From positions 1-64,000 of the forward strand of contig NMRA01000982.1 of assembly GCA_002633005.1 (NCBI GenBank): 64,000 nt of DNA, given 5' to 3'. This DNA comes from Phoronis australis (lineage: Eukaryota; Animalia; Phoronida). A program made the translations under genes and the position numbers. The notes beneath the pieces were generated by a model, which saw nothing but the letters and a program-made list of their open reading frames with translations, was not told where the DNA came from and ran no database searches. This document shows positions 1 through 12,700 of this stretch, in pieces; positions within the stretch are counted from its first letter, which is position 1, and every line of letters starts with the position of its first letter.

Positions 1-648
1 GTGTATTAGTTATGGAGTAGGTACTTCTTGGATCCTTATAACATCCTCTAACCATGTAATAAGGTTAACAACGTGTGAGAGCAGGACTTTAAGAGAAGTA
101 GTAAAAATACCCACCTTGCCTCTTGTATCGAAAAGGGTTTACTGACCCTTATGTCTGTACCCGGACCTTGAAAGAAAGGAAAGTGCATGCTGTGTGCTGT
201 GTAGAGTGTTTCTATGTCACACGTTACTTCCGTCTGGTGCAGTTTGCCCTCAGTGGGCTTTGTAAAGATGGCGCGTTACTGTGCTGTTCTCTCTGTTATA
301 ATAAGGGGTCCGTGGACAATAATGGGAATCTAAACGTAGAATTTTACCTTTTTTCTCCAGACAAACCCTTTAATTGTGTATTTGCATAATTTGGTCTGCA
401 TATTTGTCTTATGACTATGGATGGTAAAGTATGAAATTCTGGTCGCCTAATTCGTTGGATGCCCTACACAGCTATTAAAACCAAATACATGTAGCCTACA
501 CATGACTATAAAGTTGTCAGAAAGATTAGTATGAAATACTAGTACATTTAAAAATGAAGTAATGCAGACATTCGTAAACTAGTAAACCAGTCAGATTGAA
601 ATTCAAAAAAATATGCTATAGCAAGCTTAAGCTGTGTATCTCTTTCAG

Positions 649-746
649 ATGGGTCCAGTAGCCTGGCAGATTCCCAAATGTGTATATTCGACTGGTCACT
701 GTTCCCTAAGCAAATACGAGATATTAATTTCTATCAGAATTTTAAG
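649..746 (+). CDS. Exon of the VWA/Cache gene (VWA region)
   Basis: tctttcag acceptor, open frame (D)GSSSLADSQMCIFDWSLFPKQIRDINFYQNFK, aag|gtacgc donor; phase fits the next exon. Confidence 0.6.
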
Positions 747-3700
747 GTACGCTGTGCTACAGTTGTTTTCTGTACTTCCGCTAATGTCGCTCAACCAGAA
801 ATTGTTTTCTGGCCGCATTTTTGTTCAAGTTTTGTTAAATTCCAAACTTAAACGCATTGAGTTTATTGACACAGCTTTGGTGTCGGTTTGTTTTGTCATA
901 TGACGTGAGAATGAAACTACTGTTACTATTACTTATAGTGATAATTCTTTTACAAAATATAGGGTAAGCTCTCCCAAGATATTAAATTCAGTATGAATAC
1001 ACTTGATGCTTTTGAGGTTTTGCTGTTTTGTCTCATTCTCCCCTAACTGTAATCAATTGTTTTTCATCATTTACAATATGAAATGATTATTTTCCTTTTT
1101 GAAATAATTCTCAACTTGTTCATCATTTTTTAGGATTGGCGAGTATTTCAGAGCATTTCTTTGTTTTCTCGTCGAAGTTAATAAAATTCTGCGTGACTGG
1201 AGTCGGTAAAATCTCGCAAAAATGTTTCGGAGACGACTTTTTACATGCACCCCCCGACAGGAGGGGGGGTGAAACACGCAGACGAGCAGCTGCAAGCTGA
1301 GCTGTCGCCCTCAAGTGAGCAAGAACTAAGTTCATAGCTCAGCTGATTTAAAATCATCTTTTCTTTCCTAGGTTTCCATGTTTGTTTACATACTGGAGTC
1401 CAGGGGTTATATACCAGTCGAAATGCATTGCTCTTCCGATGTCTTCTACACGTCAATTGTAAGTTTACCAAAGCATTTAGCTCGTGAATTTTCTTCTACG
1501 AGAGATTTCCTGAAGTGGCTTATAGATCCAGGTAGAATCCCCAGGACGTTCTTTCTGAAGAGAGAGGTGGTGCTTATGTCTTTGGAAACTTGACCACACG
1601 GCTCTCTGTCAGCGGTGGTCTAACTGTATGTTGTAAGGAGACTTCACAGAGGGGGGGGGAGTCCGACCTGACCAACTACATGTTTGTTGTATAACAAATC
1701 GCATCCGGCTTCAGAAGGTTATGTATGCTGAATGAAGAATTGGTCCGAACCTCTTAAATGTGAAAGAGGTTCACGCTATACACATTCAAACTTTTAAATT
1801 CAGGTACGCAAGGGAGCAGATTACAAGCAGAGGATGCAGAAATTCCTGGAAAAAATTGACAAAAAGAAAACACGTGAGGAGTCCGTGATCTCTGTGTCAT
1901 CCCCCTATATCGACCAAATGGGACTGGGGGTTGTGTTTACTCTGTCGGCTCCAGTCTTCAGTGCCAAAACATTGGAGTAAGTCTCGGCAAACGTCTCTGA
2001 CGCGCCGCCTGTTGGTTACAAGTCTTTTGCCCTAAAAAGTTTAACTTTGAGAATATTTCTATCCCATAAGTGTTTGTGTCCTGCTGTATCTTATGCTATC
2101 ACTGTAAAATTCTGTTGACCTAAATACAAAGCATAAACTTTTACTTTATAGCTGTCGTAAACTCAACTTCCATCACAAAAACATATTTTGATTTCGACCA
2201 CTTACCCATGTGAAACTGGTGTCAAATTGTTCCTTATTCAAATTGGAGGCGATATCCATGTTTCACCAGGCGGAATTGACGGTTTGTTATTGATGGAGAC
2301 TAGCATCTAAAACGGCTTGTCACGGCCTGACATTCTATGCCCTGATCATAGTCTCAAGGGATATCGAAATGTCCGCAGTTTTCCTGTTGCAAACACAGAA
2401 ATCATCTCTCATTTGACTAAGGAATAGGTCTACACCAATTCTGTAGCAGTGAGTGGTCTAAAGATAGATTCCTGGATTTAACGCTAACTTAAAGCCGCTT
2501 TAAAATAGGGAACAAACGTTAATTAAAAAAAGATTACAGTCTCAAAGTGGTCTTCTAAAACTATCTGCGTCATAACTCTTCTAGATATGGCCCGTGATGG
2601 AAGGCCAGAGACGGACAGATGGTGAGAATGTTTCCTTTCAAACAGTTTTGTCTACCCGACACATTCAGCCTTGGGCCTCCGTCTTTGGTCAATAGTTCCA
2701 ACGTTGAGCGTAGACTCGTGTGATGTTACTTTTTATCTACTTCGTCCTGTTGTATCACCTTGTTACAGGTTTCTCGGTGTGTTAGGTATTGACGTGTCAC
2801 TTAGAAGTATCGAAGTGATGTTACAAAACCAAGTGTGGGGCTACGCCTATGGCTTCATGATGAACACGTACGGAGATGCCCTTATTCACCCCATGATGGT
2901 AGGATCAATACGTTTCAAAACTTTTTAGTTGAGAAATAAACCAGGGCTGTCAGTATGCAGCTCGACACACTTATTCAACAGCATGCACTCTCGTTTTTGG
3001 CTCTCCTTTCCATCATTGAATTTATGTAACTGGAACATTGAACATCTTTGAAAAAAACGGCAAAGTGGTTTCAAACTGTGCAGCCAAGATTTGGTCCAAT
3101 GGGGGAGGGAGTTTTAGTCCTCTCCTACACCCGCACATGTCGTGGCAATGAATTCATTTGGTGTTTGTTTGTATCTACTCATTTTGTATTTCAAATTACC
3201 GTATTGCCATATATTTTGATACTAGGACTGCCAGCTCAGTGCATTCCCAGGGCAGTTATATCTGACCTTTCGTACAAGCTGCAACGTTCATACAATCACT
3301 AGCGCCACCCGCCGTTGTCAGGAACGTCTGCTGAGTATGGCTGCTAGTTGTGTCGTTACAGTCTGAATTTTGCATTTGTACTCTCCGAACTATTACCAGA
3401 AATACTCTCGACACCAAGATTTGCTTAGCGAAAAAAATTTTCTTTCGTACTTCGTCGTTATTAAGAAGCACGAGGATTTCCACATATGCGCCCCTGCTGG
3501 GAATTTCAAAAGCAAAGGTCGAAATTGCGAATACAATGTCTATGATCCATGGTATAATGAGTGTTTTTTATCCTACGTCGGACCTCTTTTTATGTTATGA
3601 TCCTGAAAAAGCACTCATGTATTGATTTGCTTTTATCCCAAACGAACGGTCACTATTATCACCATGGTCGTCATTATTAAATTCTTCGTCGCTTTTGTTT

Positions 3701-6700
3701 GTGTTTAGAGGAAGTCACAAACTGTCCACAAAGTCTATTCGCGGTGTTTGCCTGAAGCAAAAGAGACTAGACGTAAAAAAGCAGCCACATTGCGTTTACA
3801 TGGTCAGTTTTAGAAGCGTGTCACAAAGTTGGTTCATTTTCGAGCTGATTGCTTTTGGACCAGATACGCGACCTGTCATGCAAGACTATCGCAGGGTCTC
3901 TCGAAGGCTATAAACCAAGTAGTATGAACAGAAGTGGTGTGTTTGACGTCCAGCTTTCTCCCGTAATCTCCATTCTTGCCTTGGCGACCAACCACTTCAA
4001 TGGCGTCCATTTTGGTAGGGTACCGCGAGTCATATCGCTAGGACATTCTTGAAACTACCGCCTTTCACTAACGTCGAGGATCTCGCAAAATTTTCAAGGA
4101 TGTCGTCTCGCACACCGGTGCGGTGCGTTCCGCAGAGCAAATTTATTTTGTGGTATGCAAGACCACGCATAATGACATGAGTAGAAGGCGAATACTTTGT
4201 GAGTAATCTCGAGACTAGACGAACGTAGACGAGAGAAGTAGCCGCCACTGAAGTGACAGGTCGTCGAAGCTGGAATGTTGAATTAAGGGGAAATTCACAG
4301 TTTCTATTCGCGCCGTAAGTGTCTGGAGAGTCTGGCGTTGGGGAGCGCAGCTCTGGTGTGTTGTGACATACACTGTGGAATTCGGGACATAAACTGTCAC
4401 CCGGACGATAGTATGTGCCGAGTGCGACAATATATGACGTCAACATCAGGGAGTTCATGGCATATGTTCACGCATCCAATGCATGCTGTTGCTCAAAAAG
4501 GACGAAGTTATGCGTATTTGACATGTCTAGTGGAACAGTTTGACACAACAAGGTTTATTAGAACATACTAAGTGTCTGAAGGTCTCACGGACCGTCTGCA
4601 GACTTTCGAAATCGGTCAACGTCAAGATATCTAAAGTTTGTACTCGATATACTTGTCGTCGAATCTAGGCTTTAAAGTTGAGGAGGTTGGCATTTTTCGA
4701 TTTTTTCTTCCCTGAAGGTTCAATCACAAACCCCCTACATTTCGCTGGCTATAACCCTGGAGCCTACAGTACCTTATATGTGGCGTCACAACTTATGTTG
4801 GCTCCAGCAGCCATGGGTTCATTTCCGGGCCGAGTGTCTCTTAGCCCAGAATATGGATAAAAAGTAGCATGCTGATATTTCCGTGTCATTTAAAATATAT
4901 TTTTTTATTTTTCGATCTGCTGGTTCTTATCATAGAAGAGGCGCCACCCTCTAAAAATGGCAAACTCATCTTATTGCCGTTAGTGTATTGTGACGGGAAC
5001 TATTTTAATGTCTAGTACAACGAAAAAGATAATTTCAGAATTGAAACGATATTCCAGGTCTCTCAATAGTACAGTCCAGAAATTTTGAGCGGCACTTACG
5101 TGCATTCGAGCTTGACGTCCCGTGGAGCATGTAAACTGCTGCTGAAGTGGTGTTTGAGTAGGCCTGGTAGTTATTTCTGGATTATTAATACGAGTTTTCA
5201 ATTTACATGCATTTAAACACGGATTTGAATTTGGCAAAATCGCCGATCCAAATCCAAACGAAATGACCATGATAAGCAGTCGACGTACTTGCCGTAAGGA
5301 AAGCGTGCTATGTCTGCCAGTTGTCGCTAGTGACTAATGACGTCACGGCTTATGCGTAAGATAACAGATTTTACCCATTGAAAATATACGGTGTTGGCGG
5401 TGCATGTACTATAGTCTGTGTTCTTATTCACAGTTTGTTCACTACGATGTCAGTACACACTTCCAGGCTTATTGCATTCATTTGAATATTTGACGAATCT
5501 CTTCAAAATCACTCAAATGCAATCAACACAAGCTGACTACTTACTATTTACCATGCCCATGATCACAAAAGAAAAAATATCCTTTTATGCAGCACCCTTT
5601 CAAAGTTGGATTTTGAATATGGTGCCTCTTCTCAATATACATCCCTTATACCGTAGACCGTCAACACACTAACTTTGTGTCCGTCAACAGTGCCTATTTA
5701 CCACAAGTACTACATCAGATATGTTCCATAACCCTGCATTGTACATGCATCAGCACTGCCATGCTAGTGAGATAGAGGAAGAGACACATACATGTGAACT
5801 GTTACGTTTATTAAAGGCGAAGGCAACTGTCACGTTTTCCCCCGTGTGTGGGTGGGCGCAGGTTGTTACAGACCGGTGCTAATAGCTTTCGGTGCGATGA
5901 TTGACTGAAGACTGGTTCGAGTTAATCCTTTATTAATCCCGACCGTACGTTCACAAGCCTACTCAAACAAAACGTCAGACGTAATGTCTGTTTAGGCTCC
6001 AGTCAGTGTTGCGAAGCCTTGACTTGTGTTGAACTTCTGAGATACTTCCAGCAACTGTTACACTCATTGGTTCAATAACCTGCTGTCTCTATAGCTGGCT
6101 CTCTATTGACTATCGCTGTAACTGCTGATTCTCTTCACTGCAACTCAACTGTAGTTCTCCTGATTGACTTTCTTGAACTTACTTGATCTTCTCTTGAACT
6201 GACTTGATCTCCCGACTTGATCTTCTTGGACTCAACTCACTAACACAAACCCGTGCTTGTATTTATAGCCTAATGCATTGTTCTAGAACTTTTCATCAAT
6301 TCAAGCACATACCAGAACTTTCTGGAACCTACCCAATCATTCTACAAACATGTACTAGTCTAGAATATTCCAGACTGCATTAATCACTGTCATGCTAGAG
6401 TCTTCTAGAAAGTTCCACACTATACTGTAGTAAACAAATTACATCATCACTGTACTTAACTCAGGGGTCATGCCAATCAAACAGAATAACAAAACAAAAC
6501 AATACAACTAAAAATATTGTCAGACCATATTATGACAGCAACCTTTTTTCAAGTCATTTTTAGCAAAAATAAGTTTCGTTGATTATCCCAGACATATTTT
6601 TCATTTATTAACTGCTTTTCGTAATTTAATTAATTACTCGTCGTCTACTCCGGAAGTGACGTTTTGGGACTCCTTCGCCACACACCTGGCACCTTCCAAA

Positions 6701-9700
6701 TAGCTCCAATACAAGTCCACAATAAACTTATCAAACTTAAGCTCACTGATCTGTTCATTGGATGACGAACTCTCCTCTTCACTGGGTGCCGAACTGGGCC
6801 TCCCACTCCCACTCCCACTACTCAACATCGCTGCAGGGCTGCTTACAGGCTCTGGGATGGAGACAACAGCACAGGGCGAATCATTGCTAGTTCCCGGAGG
6901 CACGGGTGACAGTAGATGAAGTGCTTCCAGTCACGGTATATAGTGGCCATAGCTCACGAGGCTTCTCGCTTCAAAAACGCACTTCTCGGGGTTGGCGACG
7001 GGGCACTGCCGGGAATCAACAGCGACGGTATGGTACCCTTCTTCAGGCGTTGTTTCGCTGGGACCTTCATCAATTCAGCGTACATATCTGTCATAACCTG
7101 ACGGCAAAAAATGTTTGCCACACACTCGGTAACCCTCCTTTGCTTTGTACGTTGCGTGGATGGGTAGCGCTGCATTCTTCACATGAACGAGTTAGCCAAG
7201 TACGGCGAAGTGTGTCATCCTTCGGAAAGCGACGCAAGGTACCCAAAGCGCGTGTGAGAGGATAATGAGTACATCCCGTCACGCAGTAACAGCGTGGCAT
7301 GTTGACTGACTTGTAAACAAAAGCAAACGACGACCGAACTTATCACAAACGAGGTAGAACAATGACTGACTCGACATCTCTCAAAGTCAGACTATAATTG
7401 AAAGAAATTGGCGCGAAACTCTTGCCTTCCAAAACGTCACTTCCGGAGTAGAGGACGAGAAATTAACCAAATTACGAAAAGCTGTAATTAAGTGAAAAAT
7501 GTGTCTGGGATAATCAACGAACCACATTTTTGCTAAAAGTGACATGAAAAAAGGTTGCCTTCGCCTTTAATAGTTGAGCTCAATTTACTATTTTTGCCCA
7601 TCTAAGCAGATGCGTCCTGCAGACGGGGCTTATAAGGGTCGTTATGCACATATTGAGATTTGAGTGCCATCAATTGGCCCCTACTTAATACCATACCCTG
7701 CCACCCATAGAGGGAGTGCAAACATTTACGGTCACCATCAACACCATCACCACCACTGACACCAACTAGCTTTTGGATCTTTGCCTCGTGATGACAAAGA
7801 AAACTTTTTGTACGTCTATAAAGTCAAGTGAGATTTTCTACTATTTCCTGAGCTTCCACCTTATTGGATCCAGTGTGCACAAAATCCATGCAAGCAAACT
7901 ACCTGTCGATATGTACATGTATGCAGGCATCAAGATTTGTCGAATGCGACAACATCTACTGTGCCATGTACGTATGTATTGTCCACTAAGGCAGCGACAG
8001 CATGGGGTTGTGTTGACGTCTGATATAGCTACACTCAACATGTGACTGCCGACTACGTGGCAATATGTGTCGATGCTGACGGCGTTGTCGCGCTCGGCAC
8101 TTGTATCTAGTGCGACATTACCGGTATATGTCGCAATATGGTGTCGGTTTTCTGATCTTGCTATTGCAGAATACGCGCGCCTTGCTGTTCCCGGATATTG
8201 CTGAGCTAGAAGTGCATAAAGGGAGACCGCACAACTTCGATGTTTTTGTCAATGCCATGCTGCGACGCGAGACGGGACGGTATCAGTTTTTTGATACCTA
8301 CAGGCCAGTTCATCATCGCTACGAAAACCTGATGTTTAAGAAATCTAAGTCAACATCATACTTCTACACGGACATTAAAGGTGTGGTATGTTCTTATGGC
8401 GATCGTGGCCTTTCTCTGGATTTGATTTGACATGAAGATTCCGCATGGTGAAAAAATCGCTTTCGGAGCCAGATGAGATCTTGTTCGCTTATGTTTCATT
8501 CAGTATATTCGAACTTAGTGTTGTAGCATTGAGCTTTGATCGTCAGATCTAATGTGATTTCTTAAAATTTACGTTTCCATCACTTTAATTCCTGAGAATG
8601 AGTTGTGTTTGGTTGGGTGCTGCAAGATTCAAAGGCTGAACTTACTGCTTTAGTTGATTATTTCCGGTTTCATTTTCTGAGAGCACAGTTAACCTCTTCG
8701 TTTGTATCAATCTGAAAAGTGGGATTGACTTACATGTAGCTCTCTTAACTATCTTATGTAGTCCGCCATGAATAAACTAGCCCCTGGTTCAGACTTATCA
8801 CCCACGCATTCAATGCGCCATATATAAGTCGCGTGTTTGTAAATTAAACTATGGTCATGACACTTAAAAGGAGTTATCAGGGATGGTTTTGTGATTTTTT
8901 AATTTAGATTAGTTTTGGTTAAATGAAGATACACTGAAAAGCATGCCCTTTGCGTCTGCGGAAGAATACCAAAACAATGACCTACGCCGAACTCGTCACT
9001 AAATCAAACATGCTGATATTGGCTGGTTCGTTCTTTTCGCTGAATTTTATGCTAGTATTTTTAAATGCCTGGTGTTGATGACCGGCAGACTAGATTTTAT
9101 CATTATTGCGGTTTGCAAGCCATGGTGCGTTTGGCCGGGTCCCTAACTCAAGTTATGCCGCACCACTTCTTTGTTGACCCTAATCAACTGATTATACACA
9201 CCGATTGTGTGGTTGGCCTCTCAAGGGTGTTTGTTGGTAATATAAAGTAAATTTTTCATGACCAAACATCCGATTTGCCTTTTTCATTAACTTGTATAAT
9301 AGTAACACAACCAAAGTAACTCCGCGCTATAGAAAGACTCCGGAGGAAAGGTAATTTTGGGCTTGGAGGAGGTAACTATCCCGCATAGTGTAGATGGTTT
9401 TAAATCATGGATGTCGTTCACAAACAATAGGCGTTTTGAAATTGACATTCATGGTCAATGAAAGTAGTTCGTTTTGAGTCATGATGTGAGTGATGCAAGT
9501 ATCCCAGTTGGATTAAGTAAGTAAATACAGTTTAACAAGGAGTTTGTGATCGTGGCGGAGAAGATAATTGTTTAATTACTCCTTTGGATTTTGAATATCA
9601 CATCCCGAAATGGAACATCTATGTAGATTGACTAGCGAGGTACATGTAGAATGTATATGTCTTACATTCTTTGCCTTGGAGCCATTTGCCGGTCCTAATC

Positions 9701-12700
9701 ATTGAAAATTTTCTACACAAATATGGATTTTTTGTTACATTACGTTATACTCAAAATTAGGATATGTGATAAGGTAAAACAATACTCATAAATGTAGTTC
9801 CTAAGAGTATGTTAAAATGACGAGATCATGGTACTGGCGATGGTTTTTTACTAAAGCTGGTAGTTGTGATGGTTTGCTTGGCCTACGGCGTACTAGTCAT
9901 TACTAAATAGTTTTTAGTGTTTTTCATTCACGGCCAAATAGGTCCCAAGTCCCTCGGTGAAACAAGCGTCTTAGCCACAGAAGTCTTTGACATGCTCGCT
10001 GCACACCTCATTATGGTCCACCAGTCAAAGTTCTCTTTACTAGCCTAATTATACCGTAATGTTTTGTCAATTTAGGTACTGAGAAGGTTATTGGGCTTGC
10101 TATTGGAGAGAACGACTTAGAATTCGCCTACGCTGCACCATCGGACAACAAATATTGGGCCCGTACTATCAGCCTCATGGAGAAAGATGTAATCAGTGAG
10201 TGACAGTGCATACTCTAGTGTCTTTCTGATCAGTGTATACTAAAACCAGGAGCTACTTTCTGAAGAGAGGCATGCGGGCGCCTGTTTCACTACCCCTACA
10301 AGTGGGCGCTGAAAACACTTTACGGAAAAGTCTATTTTTGATTCAATTTTACAATGTCCTTTTTCCATTCGCTTTACCTCAAAGAGTAAATACAGTTCAC
10401 TTTTCATACCCGCAGTTTGTTGTGGACAATTCTTTTGTTTTTTTTGCCTGGAGGTCCAGGCTAGTGGTGGCCCCAGCAAAAAAAAGAAAAAGTGTCCATA
10501 CATGTTGAAAACGAATCGTGTTCATGTGAAAAGAACACGGTTAATGACAACCCTCAGCGAATGATCCGTGAGGGATCTAGACCGGTCACACTGGAAGCAA
10601 ACGCGGTGTCCTCGGCATGGATGTCACCACAAGTCATTGAGAGGGGTTAAAATAAATTTTGAAATTTGTTGCGCCATACCATCTGAAAATGGAACCACCA
10701 TCAGGTTCACAGTGGTCGGTATCTTTACATTACTCTCTGTGGACCAGGAGCGGACTTGCCGATAAGTTCGTTTATTATGTTATTCCATGAAACTCTGGTC
10801 CTGGAATGCCAACTCCGATCTCGCGGCCTCTGAGGTTGCGCATGCGTGAGAGTTGTTTGCTTTCTTTTGTTCCGGTGTGTGTACTTGCTATGAAATTTAC
10901 TGTCATTAAATCTTTTCGCAACTCCGTCGTTTTTCATCCGAACTGCATAAGAGCCATGTTCTTAAAAAGCCTTTTGTCACTTCTTGATGATTATACCAGA
11001 AGCAAAAGATAAATAATTTAATTCATTAATTATAATTTCGTATATCAGACTAGTTTAAAGATATTTCATATATCGGTAAATTAAAAGTGCCATCAAAATG
11101 CGAAAAATGACAGCGTGTAATAGTAACCATAAAAAAGGAAATTAACCTGATGGGTAACTAGTTAAGCCATTTGGGAAATACAGGTGTAATTCAATGATTC
11201 AGGATTTCCACCCTATAGAGACACAGGTTTTAGAATATGGGTCCCTCACACTTGCTCACATTCATCCAAAATTATACATCTTTATATAGTATAACTAATT
11301 GGACTTTTGGTACCATTTAATACAACATTCTTCAGTAAAAATTCAGAGTGCAGTGACATTTAATAAAAATGTGATAAACTACTTCAAGTATGAGGGTACG
11401 AAATTTGCAGGTTTGCTGATAGATAAAAATGGGCAAACATCTATCGCGTAGTTTCAAAATGCACTGTGGATGGCTCGTCATATTGGTTGTAGTGTAAGAC
11501 TTTAGATAAAAGTTTAGAAATAAACTTTTCCACAAAATAAAAGTTAGTGACCCTGGTACTTGTAGTGAGACATTGAAACATATTTTTAAGATTGTTATAC
11601 TACTAAAGAAAGTGAGCTTTGGATAATAACAATATTAATAAAAAGAAACTATGTTATTTTGAACACTTGTTGCATTGTTGTCACGGCAACATTCAAGAAC
11701 GAAGAAAAGGAACAAATGGATTGAAAAGCGGGACTTCAGGATAAAAATCTGGGTCTAAGCCAAAATGTAAGGGTGAAATATTCGCTGCAACAAACAAAGC
11801 GCACCGACAGCTTCTTTGTCGAACGGCAGATGTAAAACCAGAAAAAAATGGCTATCAGCGTTTTTGTTGTTGTTTTTTTACAGTTGAATGAGAAATTGTG
11901 GGTGCCGCAAAAACCCAGGAAATGTCCCGTTATCTTCTTTCATGTCATGAATTTGGCTGTGTGTCAGCAAGTGGGAAATTAAAATGGTGTGGCAGAATGG
12001 CGGAAAAATTAAAAATGGGTCCGTCTGCCAAGTGCGGGGCATCTGGCAAATACACTGTACTTTGTCAGGTACACGTGGTACTGAAATGAGTTCTTTTACA
12101 TGGGAAATTTTTCATTTTTTAAATTTTGGTTCACGTGTATGCATGTAGGTAAAATTTATAGATAACAGTAGGCCTTCTTTTCAGAAATCGAATTAACAAA
12201 AAAGTAACTTCTTTCCATAAAATACTGTAACATGGTTTTTACACTCAAAATGTCTAGGTGAAAAACTGGCATGTTCTATGTATTTATCGAAATGCTACGA
12301 TTAGAGCTGAAAAGAAATCAGAGGCCAAACTACTCCTGTCAGCCACCGGGGGTCACAGGTCGGTGTTTACATGAATAAAGAGCAATCAGTGTGATTGTTG
12401 AATAATTTGCCGAGAAATCGCTGATTGTATGGGACCGTAGCGCAAGAGTCTCGCTTGACGAACAATTAAGATAACTCTCGATCAAAAACGCAATCGAGCA
12501 GGCAGCCGGAAATTCTCAGTGCAAACTCTGTGCAGTCGGCTAGCCTTTGGGCCGCAAGCCCTAATAATAGAATACCTAAGTCACGTGCGGAAGTTGTCAT
12601 TCTAGGACTAGAGTCCTATGGTTATTCCAAATGCTTTGATCTCGCTTGTTCCTTGCGTGACGCTGCGTGGTAGCGAGCACGCAGCTAGCAGGCTGCAGCA

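Larger units (their letters stand above)
5815..7566 (-). mobile_element. Non-autonomous Kolobok-type DNA transposon carrying a decayed THAP domain
   Basis: TTAA on both sides (5811-5814, 7567-7570); termini AGGCGAAGGCAAC...GTTGCCTTCGCCT; imperfect TIRs of about 140 bp, the left one split by a solo LTR; THAP relic inside. Confidence 0.85.

Noticed and set aside
3300-4700. Coding-like, GC-richer intronic stretch with several short ORFs
   Set aside because: No domain, terminus or TSD could be identified; probably an old TE, but unsupported.
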